DNA from: Escherichia phage vB_EcoM_RZ
DNA: 64,000 nt
Sequence record: MW598459
Direction: 5' to 3' (one strand)
In this document: positions 1-9,734 of the stretch, in pieces
How positions within the stretch are numbered: position 1 is the stretch's first letter
Layout of the letters: every line of letters starts with the position of its first letter
Program-made: the position numbers and the translations under genes
Notes under the pieces: generated by a model
Told to the model about the DNA's origin: nothing
What the model saw: the letters and a program-made list of their open reading frames with translations, nothing else
Database searches by the model: none

Positions 1-140
1 ATTTGCATCGCACTATCTGCATACTGGGTAAATTTACCATCTGTAGCAGAGGACATATTTGGGCCTAAACAGCCCATTAGTAATAGACTTAGAGAAAGTC
101 CTCGAATAAGGTCCATAAAGGACTCCTTATTGTTGGTCAT
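1..140 (-). CDS. partial lipoprotein-like ORF (5' part only; continues past window start)
   Basis: Minus-strand ATG at 140; N-terminus MTNNKESFMDLIRGLSLSLLLMGCLGP has a lipobox-like LMGC; reading frame runs off the window. Confidence 0.3.
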   Translation of the reverse strand, partial: MTNNKESFMDLIRGLSLSLLLMGCLGPNMSSATDGKFTQYADSAMQ

Positions 141-190
141 GATTACGCTTTGCAGCCTTAACATAGCGGAATACTAGTTAGTAACTGTAT

Positions 191-466
191 TTATAATCTT
201 TTAAATTTGAAACAATACATTGCAAATAAATCAGAAAAATGTCTATCAACCCATATTCTTTGCACTGGACTAGTAACAGTCAACATATAATGTGATTTTT
301 GTAAATTTATTCCATTTTTATTCGGGCATTCTTTATTAACAGAATGGTACGTGCTTGCTACTATTTCAATTTCCCTTTCATATCTCTCGCTATCTGTTTG
401 TGTGGGGATAAATGCAATCCCAGCAATAACAAAAATAGAGATATACGTCCAAACCTTGTATATCAT
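191..466 (-). CDS. small membrane-anchored protein (sits where T4 has rI next to tk; identity not established)
   Basis: 91-aa ORF with hydrophobic N-terminal helix WTYISIFVIAGIAFI followed by a Cys-containing soluble part; tightly packed upstream of tk. Confidence 0.45.
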   Translation of the reverse strand: MIYKVWTYISIFVIAGIAFIPTQTDSERYEREIEIVASTYHSVNKECPNKNGINLQKSHYMLTVTSPVQRIWVDRHFSDLFAMYCFKFKRL

Positions 467-473
467 GCGAACC

Positions 474-1046
474 TCAGCTTGTTAATTCGAGCCAATGTTT
501 CCTGCATAAAGATACGTACGATTCATTCCCACCGACTAACACTTGCTCGCCGTCCTTTACAGCAGCACCGTCGATTACTCGCGCGGTCATGGTTGCTTTC
601 CGGCCGCAATGACAGACGCCCTTTAATTCAACCAGTTTATCCGAAATAGCCAGAAGTCTGGCTGAACCGGGAAATAATTGACCCCGAAAATCTGTTCTTA
701 ACCCGTAACACATAACGGGGATATTGTAATTATCAACCACTTGAGCTAACTGGTCAATTTGCTCTGGTAACAAAAATTGAGCTTCATCGACCAGGACACA
801 ATGGATATCCTTTTGAGACTCGGCCCATTTATAGAATTCAAACAGGTTCATGTCGGCCGTTACCAGGTTTGCTTCCTGGCTAATACCAATACGTGATTTG
901 ATTTCAGATTCCGAGTCCCGATTATCAATAACAGGTTTTAGCAAAAGCACACTCATTCCACGCTCTTTATAGGAATAAGCTGCAGTCAGCAATGAAGCTG
1001 TTTTGCCTGCATTCATTGCTGCGTAATGATAAATTAAACTCGCCAT
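474..1046 (-). CDS. tk: thymidine kinase
   Basis: 190 aa; P-loop YAAMNAGKTASLL, CVLVDEAQFL, CYGLRTDFRG, C-terminal Zn-ribbon cysteines; closely resembles bacterial/T4 Tdk. Confidence 0.95.
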   Translation of the reverse strand: MASLIYHYAAMNAGKTASLLTAAYSYKERGMSVLLLKPVIDNRDSESEIKSRIGISQEANLVTADMNLFEFYKWAESQKDIHCVLVDEAQFLLPEQIDQLAQVVDNYNIPVMCYGLRTDFRGQLFPGSARLLAISDKLVELKGVCHCGRKATMTARVIDGAAVKDGEQVLVGGNESYVSLCRKHWLELTS

Positions 1047-1055
1047 ATCACCTTC

Positions 1056-1241
1056 TTAAAGCGTATTCACATAAGCTATTAATTCGTTTTCTTTCGCATC
1101 AAATCGATTAGCAAATTCTTCCTGATGTTCGGCATCTATCGGACCATATTCATCATAAAAGGCGTTTGCTTCCGTATGCTCATCCAAAAGCTCATGGATA
1201 AGCTCAAATAATCTACTTTTCTGACTAATGCTTAAACTCAT
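1056..1241 (-). CDS. hypothetical small acidic protein
   Basis: 61-aa ORF in tight operon spacing downstream of next gene. Confidence 0.45.
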   Translation of the reverse strand: MSLSISQKSRLFELIHELLDEHTEANAFYDEYGPIDAEHQEEFANRFDAKENELIAYVNTL

Positions 1242-1444
1242 TTCGGTTCACCATATCGCACAAATTTAGGATGTTCGCAATAACCAGAATGAAAACCTTC
1301 ACCCTTATGATTAGAACATCCTTTATTAGAACAGTACCACCAGTAATCATATTCGCAATTCATTTCATCATTGCATAAAGCTGCGATTACTGGCCATTCA
1401 CATTTTTCACATTTGGCCGTTTTAAGAATTCGGGCTTGGCTCAT
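1238..1444 (-). CDS. hypothetical Cys-rich small protein (possible Zn-binding)
   Basis: 68 aa with CEKCEW..CNDEMNCEY..CSNKGCSNH..CEH cysteine/histidine clusters; overlaps neighbours by 4 nt. Confidence 0.5.
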   Translation of the reverse strand: MSQARILKTAKCEKCEWPVIAALCNDEMNCEYDYWWYCSNKGCSNHKGEGFHSGYCEHPKFVRYGEPK

Positions 1445-1895
1445 AATCCACCACTATTAAATCAATATCAGGAGTAAACATGTCGATTAATTTAGAAACC
1501 TTATCCCAATCGCCGCCAGCAATACCACAACCAATACGAGGAATATAAATTACCGGTTTAAACAAAAGGGTTTCTGCCTGTAGATTTAATTCTATCATAC
1601 AATTTACTAAAGCGCCATAATCAAGATTAGGGCCCGGTTCATATTGGGTGTACAAATTATAGCACATACCAAACCCAGTAGGTTTATGTTTAAAAACAAT
1701 AGACATATCGCCGAGTTTTTCTCTGGAACCATATTCAGTAGTGGTTTTATCTATTTCTAAAACTTTTGGATAGGCCTTCGCCAACTGTCCAGCTACGCCA
1801 GAACCCATTGTGTGAAAGCAGTTGCAACCATGTGCAATAATATTGCCTTGAAGAAAGAGGGCGACGATATCGCCCTTAATATACTGGGTAATCAT
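1422..1895 (-). CDS. macro-domain (ADP-ribose binding/processing) protein
   Basis: 157 aa; motifs GDIVALFLQGNIIAHGCNC, GSGVAGQL, IPRIGCGIAGGDW are typical of macro domains. Confidence 0.7.
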   Translation of the reverse strand: MITQYIKGDIVALFLQGNIIAHGCNCFHTMGSGVAGQLAKAYPKVLEIDKTTTEYGSREKLGDMSIVFKHKPTGFGMCYNLYTQYEPGPNLDYGALVNCMIELNLQAETLLFKPVIYIPRIGCGIAGGDWDKVSKLIDMFTPDIDLIVVDYEPSPNS

Positions 1896-2251
1896 TTAGA
1901 GTTCAACCCTCTATTATATGAATCCACTAACCTGTCAACCATACTGGTGCAGGCCGCCTTATATTTTGCACTTGAAAGAATGCAATCCATTTCAAATAAT
2001 TTCTTTTCATATTTGTTGGATAATACATTCTTTTTCAAAAGTGTATGTTCAACATCATTTTGGCCATCTTTATATGCCGCGGTGAGCTTGGCGCTGAACT
2101 GGATTACACAATCCACATTGCTTGGTGCGCAATAATCTTTAGCCGTCCTCGTTGCATATTCTATGATGCTGTTGTTGTCATCGCTCTGTACTGAAGCTAT
2201 TCCTCCCATGCTGAATACTAACCCTATGGCTAAAGTGATAACTCTTACCAT
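1892..2251 (-). CDS. hypothetical secreted small protein
   Basis: 119 aa; N-terminal signal-peptide-like MVRVITLAIGLVFSMGGIASVQS; several Cys. Confidence 0.5.
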   Translation of the reverse strand: MVRVITLAIGLVFSMGGIASVQSDDNNSIIEYATRTAKDYCAPSNVDCVIQFSAKLTAAYKDGQNDVEHTLLKKNVLSNKYEKKLFEMDCILSSAKYKAACTSMVDRLVDSYNRGLNSK

Positions 2252-2253
2252 TT

Positions 2254-2796
2254 TTAATCCACCGTTTTTAATAGGCCTCGTGATTTTAAGTAGTTAGCTT
2301 TTTCTAGGACCTGTGAAGCATACGTATTACCAGCTTTCACATTCCATCCTGCGTTATATGATGATAGTGTTTTCCTTATATCCCCCTTATGAATATTCAA
2401 CCAGTATGAAAGCTCAATGTAAGCCCAGCGTGCACTGTTCTCTCTCTTGCTTATCATCTTGATTATTTCTTTATCTGTCATTGTCCACCCAACCTGTTTC
2501 ACGCGTTCGCGCACGGTTGGAAGATAATTTTGGAATATACCATATGCATGATGCTTATCTTTATTTAATCCAGTATTAATCCCAGCAGAACTCTCCTGCC
2601 AGGTTAAACCAGCCATGATATATCCCAAACCATTATGTTGGTGCGGATTTTCTTTGTACTTACCATTTTTCTGGAACTGTTCTCCAAACGCATAAGCATA
2701 TTGGAGGTTTTCCATTTGTTCATTACTGAAAGTAGGCTCTACGCTATGGGCAGACATACTAACTGTCAATAGTAAGGTGGCGATTACTTTTTTCAT
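2254..2796 (-). CDS. exported lytic transglycosylase-like (SLT domain) protein
   Basis: 180 aa; signal peptide MKKVIATLLLTVSMSAHS; SLT-like motifs LTWQESSAG (E-S), YGIFQ, SYNAGW. Confidence 0.6.
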   Translation of the reverse strand: MKKVIATLLLTVSMSAHSVEPTFSNEQMENLQYAYAFGEQFQKNGKYKENPHQHNGLGYIMAGLTWQESSAGINTGLNKDKHHAYGIFQNYLPTVRERVKQVGWTMTDKEIIKMISKRENSARWAYIELSYWLNIHKGDIRKTLSSYNAGWNVKAGNTYASQVLEKANYLKSRGLLKTVD

Positions 2797-2806
2797 GAAT
2801 TCCCCA

Positions 2807-3265
2807 TTAGATATAAATCACTTTTGTGCTAATTTTTCCTTCCAGACGATTAGAGTTAACAAACGCCATACGACAACACATGGTCGGAGACTTCCCAGGA
2901 ATAGCGGGGTTAACTGTCATTCCTAACCACAGGTTCTTGTCCGTGATTTCCAGACGAAGTGGACGGTAGTTCACATTCGGGTCAATTTGTGCTTCAACTT
3001 CCGGGAGTGGTTTCATCTCCAAGAATTCAACGATTTCTTTTACATGTGGTGTGATTTTTCCAAACAAGTCAAAAACATATTGTTCATCAATTTCACGTTG
3101 GATTGCACGGTCCAACAGGTGTGGACTGTACTTAATGAAGAATGCCTCAAGGCCTGCTTCTTTACAAGCCTTGTTGATAGCATTATTAATTTTGAGGAAC
3201 TCCGTTTCAAAAATGCGACGAAGTTTATTGCGGCGAATGTAAACACTTGAATCGATAGTAGTCAT
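2807..3265 (-). CDS. hypothetical protein
   Basis: Start placed at internal ATG (MTTIDSS) with SD AAGGAG; the longer track ORF would run through the upstream promoter. Confidence 0.5.
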   Translation of the reverse strand: MTTIDSSVYIRRNKLRRIFETEFLKINNAINKACKEAGLEAFFIKYSPHLLDRAIQREIDEQYVFDLFGKITPHVKEIVEFLEMKPLPEVEAQIDPNVNYRPLRLEITDKNLWLGMTVNPAIPGKSPTMCCRMAFVNSNRLEGKISTKVIYI

Positions 3266-3292
3266 GATTATCTCCTTTTGTTTGATGGGATA

Positions 3293-3321
3293 ATCATAAC
3301 TCATTTCAATCTGCTTGTACA

Positions 3322-3322
<1 letters not shown>
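3293..3322 (-). promoter_or_regulatory. T4-type early promoter cassette (-35 GTGTAC, 17 bp, -10 TTATGAT, leader TATCCCATCAAAC)
   Basis: Minus-strand reading GTGTAC-N17-TTATGAT-TATCCCATCAAACAAAAGGAG-ATG; same architecture as the other cassettes listed. Confidence 0.5.
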
Positions 3323-3901
<579 letters not shown>

Positions 3902-3905
<4 letters not shown>

Positions 3906-4120
3906 TTCACTTCCTCATCAGATGCAGTATCATATTCTACCAAACGAAGGCCATCATATCCGCCACGAACAGAGATATACGTACTCGGATAAACAATTTC
4001 TTTACCATTCCATTGGCCACCGTCCCAACATTCCATAAAGCCTTGTTCGCCCTGTTCATGGAACCAGTCAACAAACAGCTTCAGAGCTTCTTCAGAACCT
4101 TCAATTGTCAATTTAGACAT
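3902..4120 (-). CDS. hypothetical protein
   Basis: 72-aa ORF in operon packing. Confidence 0.45.
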
Positions 4121-4409
4121 ATTTTTTCCAATCAGAAATCATATGAATCTCTTGGTCATAAGTCAAGAGACTACGAGTAATAATACCCTTACAAGGCCCA
4201 GAGATGAACTCGAGAGTAAAGTAAGGAACCTGTTTCATTAATCGGATACTTGGAGCATGACATCTAAAACGAGAGCCCTTAAAGGGCCCCGACATGAATA
4301 CATATTCTAATGGATAGAAATAAGCATATTCAAAATTTGTAGTAAGGTCCTCTCTTCGGACCTTACGTGAGAAATAGCAGAACTCAAAAAGTTCTTCATC
4401 AGTCATCAT
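4113..4409 (-). CDS. hypothetical protein
   Basis: 98-aa ORF in operon packing. Confidence 0.45.
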   Translation of the reverse strand: MMTDEELFEFCYFSRKVRREDLTTNFEYAYFYPLEYVFMSGPFKGSRFRCHAPSIRLMKQVPYFTLEFISGPCKGIITRSLLTYDQEIHMISDWKKYV

Positions 4410-4933
4410 TGCATTCCTATCACAAAGAACAGTGGCAGAGGTTTAGAACCTTGGCACATAAATTTATTCATCATTGTCTGATAAGCTTCATAGAACTTAT
4501 CCATCGCTGGTAGGCGAATAGGCTCTTCAATAATAATCAATAATCGGGTAACAGACAGTCCACGATATTTGTGAAAATGATCTTCATCTAAAAATGAACG
4601 AACAGTATCATATACAACAAAACCAGGTCGTTCAACATTAAGATGTGGCTGTGCTTTAGAAACCCGCTTTATTATATCACAGATTTCTCGTGAGCGATGC
4701 GAAGAACTCGACATAACAATTACATCATTACCCTTAGAAACCCAATCCGCAGCAAATTGTGCAATGGCACTTGTTTTACCTGTTTGCCTTCCGCCGTCAA
4801 GTCTAAGAGTACCAAACTCTTGCATTCTTGAAGCGGGTTCATACCAGGTGTATTGGTCTGAATCTAAGCGTTCAATGGCGCGTTCAGCGAAGGCGTGCAT
4901 TAAGGTTAGATAAATGGGAGTTAAAAATTTCAT
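4406..4933 (-). CDS. small P-loop NTPase-like protein
   Basis: 175 aa; Walker A GGRQTGKTS and Walker-B-like hydrophobic stretch LLIIIEEP. Confidence 0.5.
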   Translation of the reverse strand: MKFLTPIYLTLMHAFAERAIERLDSDQYTWYEPASRMQEFGTLRLDGGRQTGKTSAIAQFAADWVSKGNDVIVMSSSSHRSREICDIIKRVSKAQPHLNVERPGFVVYDTVRSFLDEDHFHKYRGLSVTRLLIIIEEPIRLPAMDKFYEAYQTMMNKFMCQGSKPLPLFFVIGMQ

Positions 4934-5093
4934 AGTTGCCTCTTAGTTGTGGGGCCGTTCCTTGGCACATAATTCATCCGTGTATCCGTATGTAAACCCT
5001 TTACCGCACTTGGGCTCGACCTTATTACAGGTAGGGAAAGGTCCATCACTCAGAGGACGCAACGTTCATGAGGAGAGGGTCGGCTTGCCTTTA

Positions 5094-5393
5094 TTAGAAA
5101 GAACCAGAGCCTTTAATTGTGTTCTGGCGACCTTTATTTTCTAATTCAGAATGGTCGATTTCGTATGCTTGTGCTACACCAAAGGCCTTTTTAACTTTAG
5201 CTAAAGAACCTTTAGATGTAACAATATTAAAAGTATTACCTTTGGTAAAATCAACCAAATCAACTTGTACACCCTGTTTACCGAGGCTTGCGACAATAGC
5301 ATCAACATATTGTTGGTCTAAAGTACCTTGGACTCCAATTTGGAATGCTTTAGGGGCTTTGGCTTCTGTGATAAATTCTTGATAAGTTTTCAT
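5094..5393 (-). CDS. internal-protein-like head protein with capsid-targeting sequence
   Basis: Start at internal MKTYQEFITEAK; matches the N-terminal capsid-targeting sequence of T4 internal proteins (IPI/II/III); sits next to denV/e as ipII/ipIII do in T4. Confidence 0.6.
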   Translation of the reverse strand: MKTYQEFITEAKAPKAFQIGVQGTLDQQYVDAIVASLGKQGVQVDLVDFTKGNTFNIVTSKGSLAKVKKAFGVAQAYEIDHSELENKGRQNTIKGSGSF

Positions 5394-5441
5394 TTTATAT
5401 TCCATTGTTTGGCTGATAAAATCATTATACAACCTTTTTAG

Positions 5442-5858
5442 TTAAGCGTACACAGCTTTCCCATAGTATTTGTACCAAGCAGGCTTTTGAGAAATTTTCT
5501 CATTCAGTCTGGCTTGACTGATTTCAATTGACCAGATTGATGGTTGATAATCATTCTTCCATTCATCAGGAATATCAGTTAAATCTTGGGTAGAAATATC
5601 TTTTATGTTAAACCCTCGCTTTAAACATTCCGCAATAAGTTCTTGATGCCGGTTTTTAAGGAACAAAAGCTTATCATAAAAGAAGATGACATGACCAGTC
5701 CCTAAAAGGAAAGATGATGGGATTTTAAAGTCAGAAACCTTTTTACCATTTTGTACATGCTTACGAACAGCACCAAACACGCGAGGAAGTTCACGATATT
5801 CAGCCATAAGATGTTGGTCAGCGAGTTCAGATACCAGGGTTAAATTAATGCGAGTCAT
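5442..5858 (-). CDS. denV: endonuclease V (pyrimidine-dimer DNA glycosylase)
   Basis: 138 aa; N-terminus [35 protein letters not shown] near-identical to T4 DenV. Confidence 0.95.
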   Translation of the reverse strand: MTRINLTLVSELADQHLMAEYRELPRVFGAVRKHVQNGKKVSDFKIPSSFLLGTGHVIFFYDKLLFLKNRHQELIAECLKRGFNIKDISTQDLTDIPDEWKNDYQPSIWSIEISQARLNEKISQKPAWYKYYGKAVYA

Positions 5859-5884
5859 GTTTGTTCTCCGTAGTTGATAGGGTC

Positions 5885-5914
5885 ATTATAACCCTATCAT
5901 TTGGAGATGTACAC
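5885..5914 (-). promoter_or_regulatory. T4-type early promoter cassette with dyad around -10
   Basis: Minus strand GTGTAC-N17-TTATAAT; -10 flanked by inverted repeat GATAGGGT/ACCCTATC; leader CAACTACGGAG before denV ATG. Confidence 0.5.
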
Positions 5915-6402
5915 TAATATGCGTCAAAAGTTCCGGTGCGGAAAGTTTCAATAACTCGTTTAGCTCGGTTCGGAGTCTGGACTTTATACCATCTTGAGTC
6001 TGCCAGTTCCTTGGCAGCCGCTTCCCATGATTTAGCCTTCAGCAATCGCATACCCTTAGGAAAACCAGCAACACCAGCAACACCCATCTGGAATACCATA
6101 TTAATGAGTGCACAACGACGAACTTCATCAAGTACATCATAAACAGGTTTTAAGACAGGATGCCTCAAGATTCCGGCTTTAGCTTTTTCGACCGAACGGT
6201 TAAACAATGTTTCAGCTTCGTGCTGGGTTATGCGACCATTACAGACGCGACCCATGAGCTTGTCGAGCTCGGCACGAGCAACATCTTTAGATGGGTTCTT
6301 AGTTATCAGTTGCCCGATGCCAATGGTCCAATAGCCTTCAGTATCTTTATACAAATCCAACTTACAACCTTCATCTATACGTAACATTTCGAATATATTC
6401 AT
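5914..6402 (-). CDS. e: T4-type lysozyme (endolysin)
   Basis: 162 aa; [47 protein letters not shown] matches T4 lysozyme throughout. Confidence 0.97.
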   Translation of the reverse strand: MNIFEMLRIDEGCKLDLYKDTEGYWTIGIGQLITKNPSKDVARAELDKLMGRVCNGRITQHEAETLFNRSVEKAKAGILRHPVLKPVYDVLDEVRRCALINMVFQMGVAGVAGFPKGMRLLKAKSWEAAAKELADSRWYKVQTPNRAKRVIETFRTGTFDAY

Positions 6403-6428
6403 AATACCCCCTTATATAGGGGTATTTA

Positions 6429-6893
6429 TTATCCGAAAATTTGAGTCATTACCTTGTACATCGATTTGCCCATCACATACTGCCATTGACTCGGTTTAAT
6501 CAGAGCAAATGCATCGAACTCTGGAACCGAACTACCATCCGGGAAGGTATGATAGGCAGAGCATTTACTATGTCTGAACTGCTCATGCTCGACCGGAACC
6601 GTGTACAAAAACAGGTGAAGATTTTTGTTATCTGAATAACGGAATTCACCTAAGTCTTTTAAGAATGCTGGGTCGTATTGGGTAAACCCGGTTTCTTCTT
6701 CGGTTTCACGGATAGCCGCTTCAATCGGGGATTCACCAGCTTCAACATGACCCTTAGGGATGTCCCATTTGTGTGCAGGCATACCTGGTTTACGAGAACC
6801 AGTCACACGACCCATGAATAACTCTTTATCTTCAGTCATGAAAATAATGCCAGCAGATAATTCTTTCACCTTGTTTTTCTTACTCATCGTCAC
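6429..6893 (-). CDS. nudE: Nudix hydrolase
   Basis: 154 aa; Nudix box GHVEAGESPIEAAIRETEEETG; sits next to e as in T4. Confidence 0.8.
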   Translation of the reverse strand: MTMSKKNKVKELSAGIIFMTEDKELFMGRVTGSRKPGMPAHKWDIPKGHVEAGESPIEAAIRETEEETGFTQYDPAFLKDLGEFRYSDNKNLHLFLYTVPVEHEQFRHSKCSAYHTFPDGSSVPEFDAFALIKPSQWQYVMGKSMYKVMTQIFG

Positions 6894-7116
6894 GTTTCCA
6901 TGATTGGTTAAAAATATCGCTCATTAAAAATTCAAGTCTATTTTCCAATGAAGGGCTTTCACTACTAGAAACTTGAACCATGTAGTCAGCAATAGGTCGG
7001 AACATATCCAAGTCAGTTTCTAAATCATCTTTGATTTTCTCTTCTGATGTACCTGTATCATAGGAATACAGATAAGAATCGCATGACTCAGATTTAATAT
7101 AAATTGCAATACTCAT
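6880..7116 (-). CDS. hypothetical acidic small protein
   Basis: 78-aa ORF; start ATG overlaps stop of upstream gene (TAAATGA). Confidence 0.4.
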   Translation of the reverse strand: MSIAIYIKSESCDSYLYSYDTGTSEEKIKDDLETDLDMFRPIADYMVQVSSSESPSLENRLEFLMSDIFNQSWKRDDE

Positions 7117-7700
7117 TTACGACATTCCTCAATAAAGGAGTTCAATGTATTTTTCTTAGTGATATCGTCATATACCTTTTTAACTTTAGAAATACGAAAA
7201 GGTACTTCAATAACCATAGTCCATAAAAATGATGCAATAAGCCCAGCGAGAGCAGTAGAAAAGCACGCACCCATTACAGCTACGGGTGCTTCATTTTTGC
7301 CTGTCAAGAAAAACCACAGGAATGGTAAAAATAAGATTCCAGCCCAGGCATAAAACCTGGAACAAATTAACTTATCAAATTCATCACTCCAGGTACGAAA
7401 TCCATATTTCTTGCTATAAGAAATTAATGGGTCGGGTGTCTGTTCTTTGAGCGGTTCTGGTTGATGCCCATTAATGATGTATCCCATTTTATATTCCTTA
7501 ATTAAAAGCTCTTTCACATGACGATTGCATCGCGACCAATCAACGTTTTCCACCTTGATTCCTTCATCACCATCATCAAGGTTCGCCCAATATTTTTTGG
7601 TAATCATAAATTCGTCTCTTGATACAATTATACCTGTATTTTCTGCCCGGCGGATGAAGTTTACATCAACACCCATGCAGCCAGTTTCATAAAGGGCCAT
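7113..7700 (-). CDS. hypothetical membrane protein (two predicted TM helices, C-terminal FIEECRK)
   Basis: 195 aa; hydrophobic segments AWAGILFLPFLWFFL and VMGACFSTALAGLIASFLWTMVI; C-tail resembles those of ORFs at 10746, 11086, 11420. Confidence 0.5.
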   Translation of the reverse strand: MALYETGCMGVDVNFIRRAENTGIIVSRDEFMITKKYWANLDDGDEGIKVENVDWSRCNRHVKELLIKEYKMGYIINGHQPEPLKEQTPDPLISYSKKYGFRTWSDEFDKLICSRFYAWAGILFLPFLWFFLTGKNEAPVAVMGACFSTALAGLIASFLWTMVIEVPFRISKVKKVYDDITKKNTLNSFIEECRK

Positions 7701-8386
7701 TACCAGCCCTCCATAGGGAATTCCAGATATACTTGAGCATTAACGCGGATTTCATTTGTAATCTTTTTAACACGGTCGGTATTACGAGACACACGACCAA
7801 ACCAGCGCCAACCGTTACTTACTGCGCGAGAACCCGTATGCCATGTCTGCCAATCAAACTGGAGCAACGTGCGGTCAGGAGCATCCCACTTGGTTAATTC
7901 ATTGGACTCAATTTTTTCCAGAACTTCTTTATGCCACTGGCGATAGATAAGTTCGCCTTCAGGAATCTGACTAAATTGCGCAGTTCCGGTTGCAAAATAA
8001 GTAGGACACACATCAGCGTTAACAAGACCAAGAATATGTTCAGAATGGTAACGAGGATTGTCATAATCAGGTTGCCCTGCAGTAATAAAGTGTTGACCAA
8101 CCGGAATATCCGGGCGTGGTACATCGTCATGGTGATAACCTGGGATAGCAGGATACCAACCAGGCATCAGCATATGAACCCGAGAATCAAATACAACCTG
8201 GTCGGTGTTCCAATCATCCGGCAGACTCATAATAAAGCTACGAGTAATAGGACCGCCATTGTCAAAAGCGAAAGCCAATGAGCTGTTGAAGAACATAGTT
8301 TCGTTTTTGATTTTATCATTAGAAATTTTACCAGCGAAACTGCCTACTGCATGAGCTTGAGAATTAAAAGTTTTTGGACCGTTCAT
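7700..8386 (-). CDS. hypothetical protein
   Basis: 228-aa ORF preceded by an early-promoter cassette. Confidence 0.5.
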   Translation of the reverse strand: MNGPKTFNSQAHAVGSFAGKISNDKIKNETMFFNSSLAFAFDNGGPITRSFIMSLPDDWNTDQVVFDSRVHMLMPGWYPAIPGYHHDDVPRPDIPVGQHFITAGQPDYDNPRYHSEHILGLVNADVCPTYFATGTAQFSQIPEGELIYRQWHKEVLEKIESNELTKWDAPDRTLLQFDWQTWHTGSRAVSNGWRWFGRVSRNTDRVKKITNEIRVNAQVYLEFPMEGW

Positions 8387-8413
8387 AATATTTTCCTCAT
8401 TGATTGTGGGACC

Positions 8414-8443
8414 ATTGTGTCATAGCCCCACTTGGATGTACAC
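8414..8443 (-). promoter_or_regulatory. T4-type early promoter cassette (imperfect dyad)
   Basis: Minus strand GTGTAC-N17-ACACAAT with inverted repeat GTGGGGC/GTCCCAC; leader CAATCAATGAGG before ATG at 8386. Confidence 0.4.
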
Positions 8444-8445
8444 AA

Positions 8446-9405
8446 TTATTTTTCGAAAGGGCGAATTAAATGCTGGTTAGCTTTGAAACGTTTAACATAG
8501 TCTTCGTGACCCAGGGTGTTGTACATATTAACCACTTCCTGATAATGTTCCCAGGCATACTCACGGAACCATCCAGAAGTAATGGAGGTACAGACTTTTT
8601 CCAGCGCAATATGGAAGCTCACGGATGGAGAGATATTGAACTCATTGGGAACCTGCGAACGCTCCAGAGCGAGTACACATGCTTCTTCATAAACCCCTGC
8701 CAGTTTAATAATCTCAGGGAGTGCTTCAAATTTTTCACGCGAGGTCATAACTTCTGAATCATCCTTCATATAGAACTTATATGCAGGTTTATCAGCAAGC
8801 GCCACGGCCTCGTGGATGGAGTCATGGTCAAGGGTATAGATTGTATCATTAAAGAAAGTTTTCTTGCCCACGTCTAGTTTAGGGTGACTATATGACAATG
8901 TTTCTGCCTGGCGCTGCAGCATGATTTTATGCAGTTCGTCATTAAGAACAACACCCTTATTGCGAAGGTAATTAATATGACTCATTGTCTTCAGGAAGAA
9001 TGGATTGTTCTTCAGGTAACGATGAGACAGTTTAATTGCCAGACAAATATCAGGAGTCGCCCAATAGAAACCTGTAAGACGGTCTTTCTTAATATGATTT
9101 TCAGCGTATTTCAAGAGACGATAACTTGAGGTGAAATCTTCATCTTGAAGCTCACCAGTAATTTCTCGTACGTTAGTCAGGGCACGGACAATATAAGCTT
9201 CAAAATAGGTTTCTTTGCCATTGTACATACATTTAAAAGCTTGGACATCAGGGTTATCCACAGGAACATGAGCACCGAACATACGTGCTTTAAAGTGGTT
9301 CCAGGAGCCCTGGTCAGCGATAAAGTCCCAATCAGAGTTTTCAATTTTCTGACTTTCAATCAGACCAGCGTTATGTAATGCACGAGAACCAATAACTAAC
9401 ATCAT
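8446..9405 (-). CDS. hypothetical protein (possible nucleotidyltransferase-like N-terminus)
   Basis: 319 aa; N-terminal VIGSRALH...SDWDFIAD loosely resembles a GS...DxD polymerase-beta-type NTase motif; not verified. Confidence 0.5.
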   Translation of the reverse strand: MMLVIGSRALHNAGLIESQKIENSDWDFIADQGSWNHFKARMFGAHVPVDNPDVQAFKCMYNGKETYFEAYIVRALTNVREITGELQDEDFTSSYRLLKYAENHIKKDRLTGFYWATPDICLAIKLSHRYLKNNPFFLKTMSHINYLRNKGVVLNDELHKIMLQRQAETLSYSHPKLDVGKKTFFNDTIYTLDHDSIHEAVALADKPAYKFYMKDDSEVMTSREKFEALPEIIKLAGVYEEACVLALERSQVPNEFNISPSVSFHIALEKVCTSITSGWFREYAWEHYQEVVNMYNTLGHEDYVKRFKANQHLIRPFEK

Positions 9406-9433
9406 AATATTTTCCTCATTAGTTGACGAGATA

Positions 9434-9463
9434 ATGATACTACGTTTCTTTAGACTTGTATAC
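9434..9463 (-). promoter_or_regulatory. T4-type early promoter cassette
   Basis: Minus strand GTATAC-N18-TATCAT-TATCTCGTCAACTAATGAGG before ATG at 9405. Confidence 0.5.
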
Positions 9464-9506
9464 TAAATCTTGTACATAATTTTCTTATCACATCCTTGTG
9501 ATTAAA

Positions 9507-9734
9507 TTATTTTCCTAACGAAATACGAGTAGGTTTTTTGCCAAAATATTCTTCATAAGAACCATCTAAACGACCCGCTTTAGACCGACAGTATGAATCG
9601 TACTTTTTGTAATAAGTCATCTCAGTATTATAACGCGGGTGTCTATCAGCCATAATAATACTTAATGGCCAACCTTTGGCATAATCGCGAAGACCATTTA
9701 TTTTACTAATGTATCTTTTCTTTAATTTTAGCAT
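9507..9734 (-). CDS. hypothetical basic small protein
   Basis: 75-aa ORF. Confidence 0.4.
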   Translation of the reverse strand: MLKLKKRYISKINGLRDYAKGWPLSIIMADRHPRYNTEMTYYKKYDSYCRSKAGRLDGSYEEYFGKKPTRISLGK

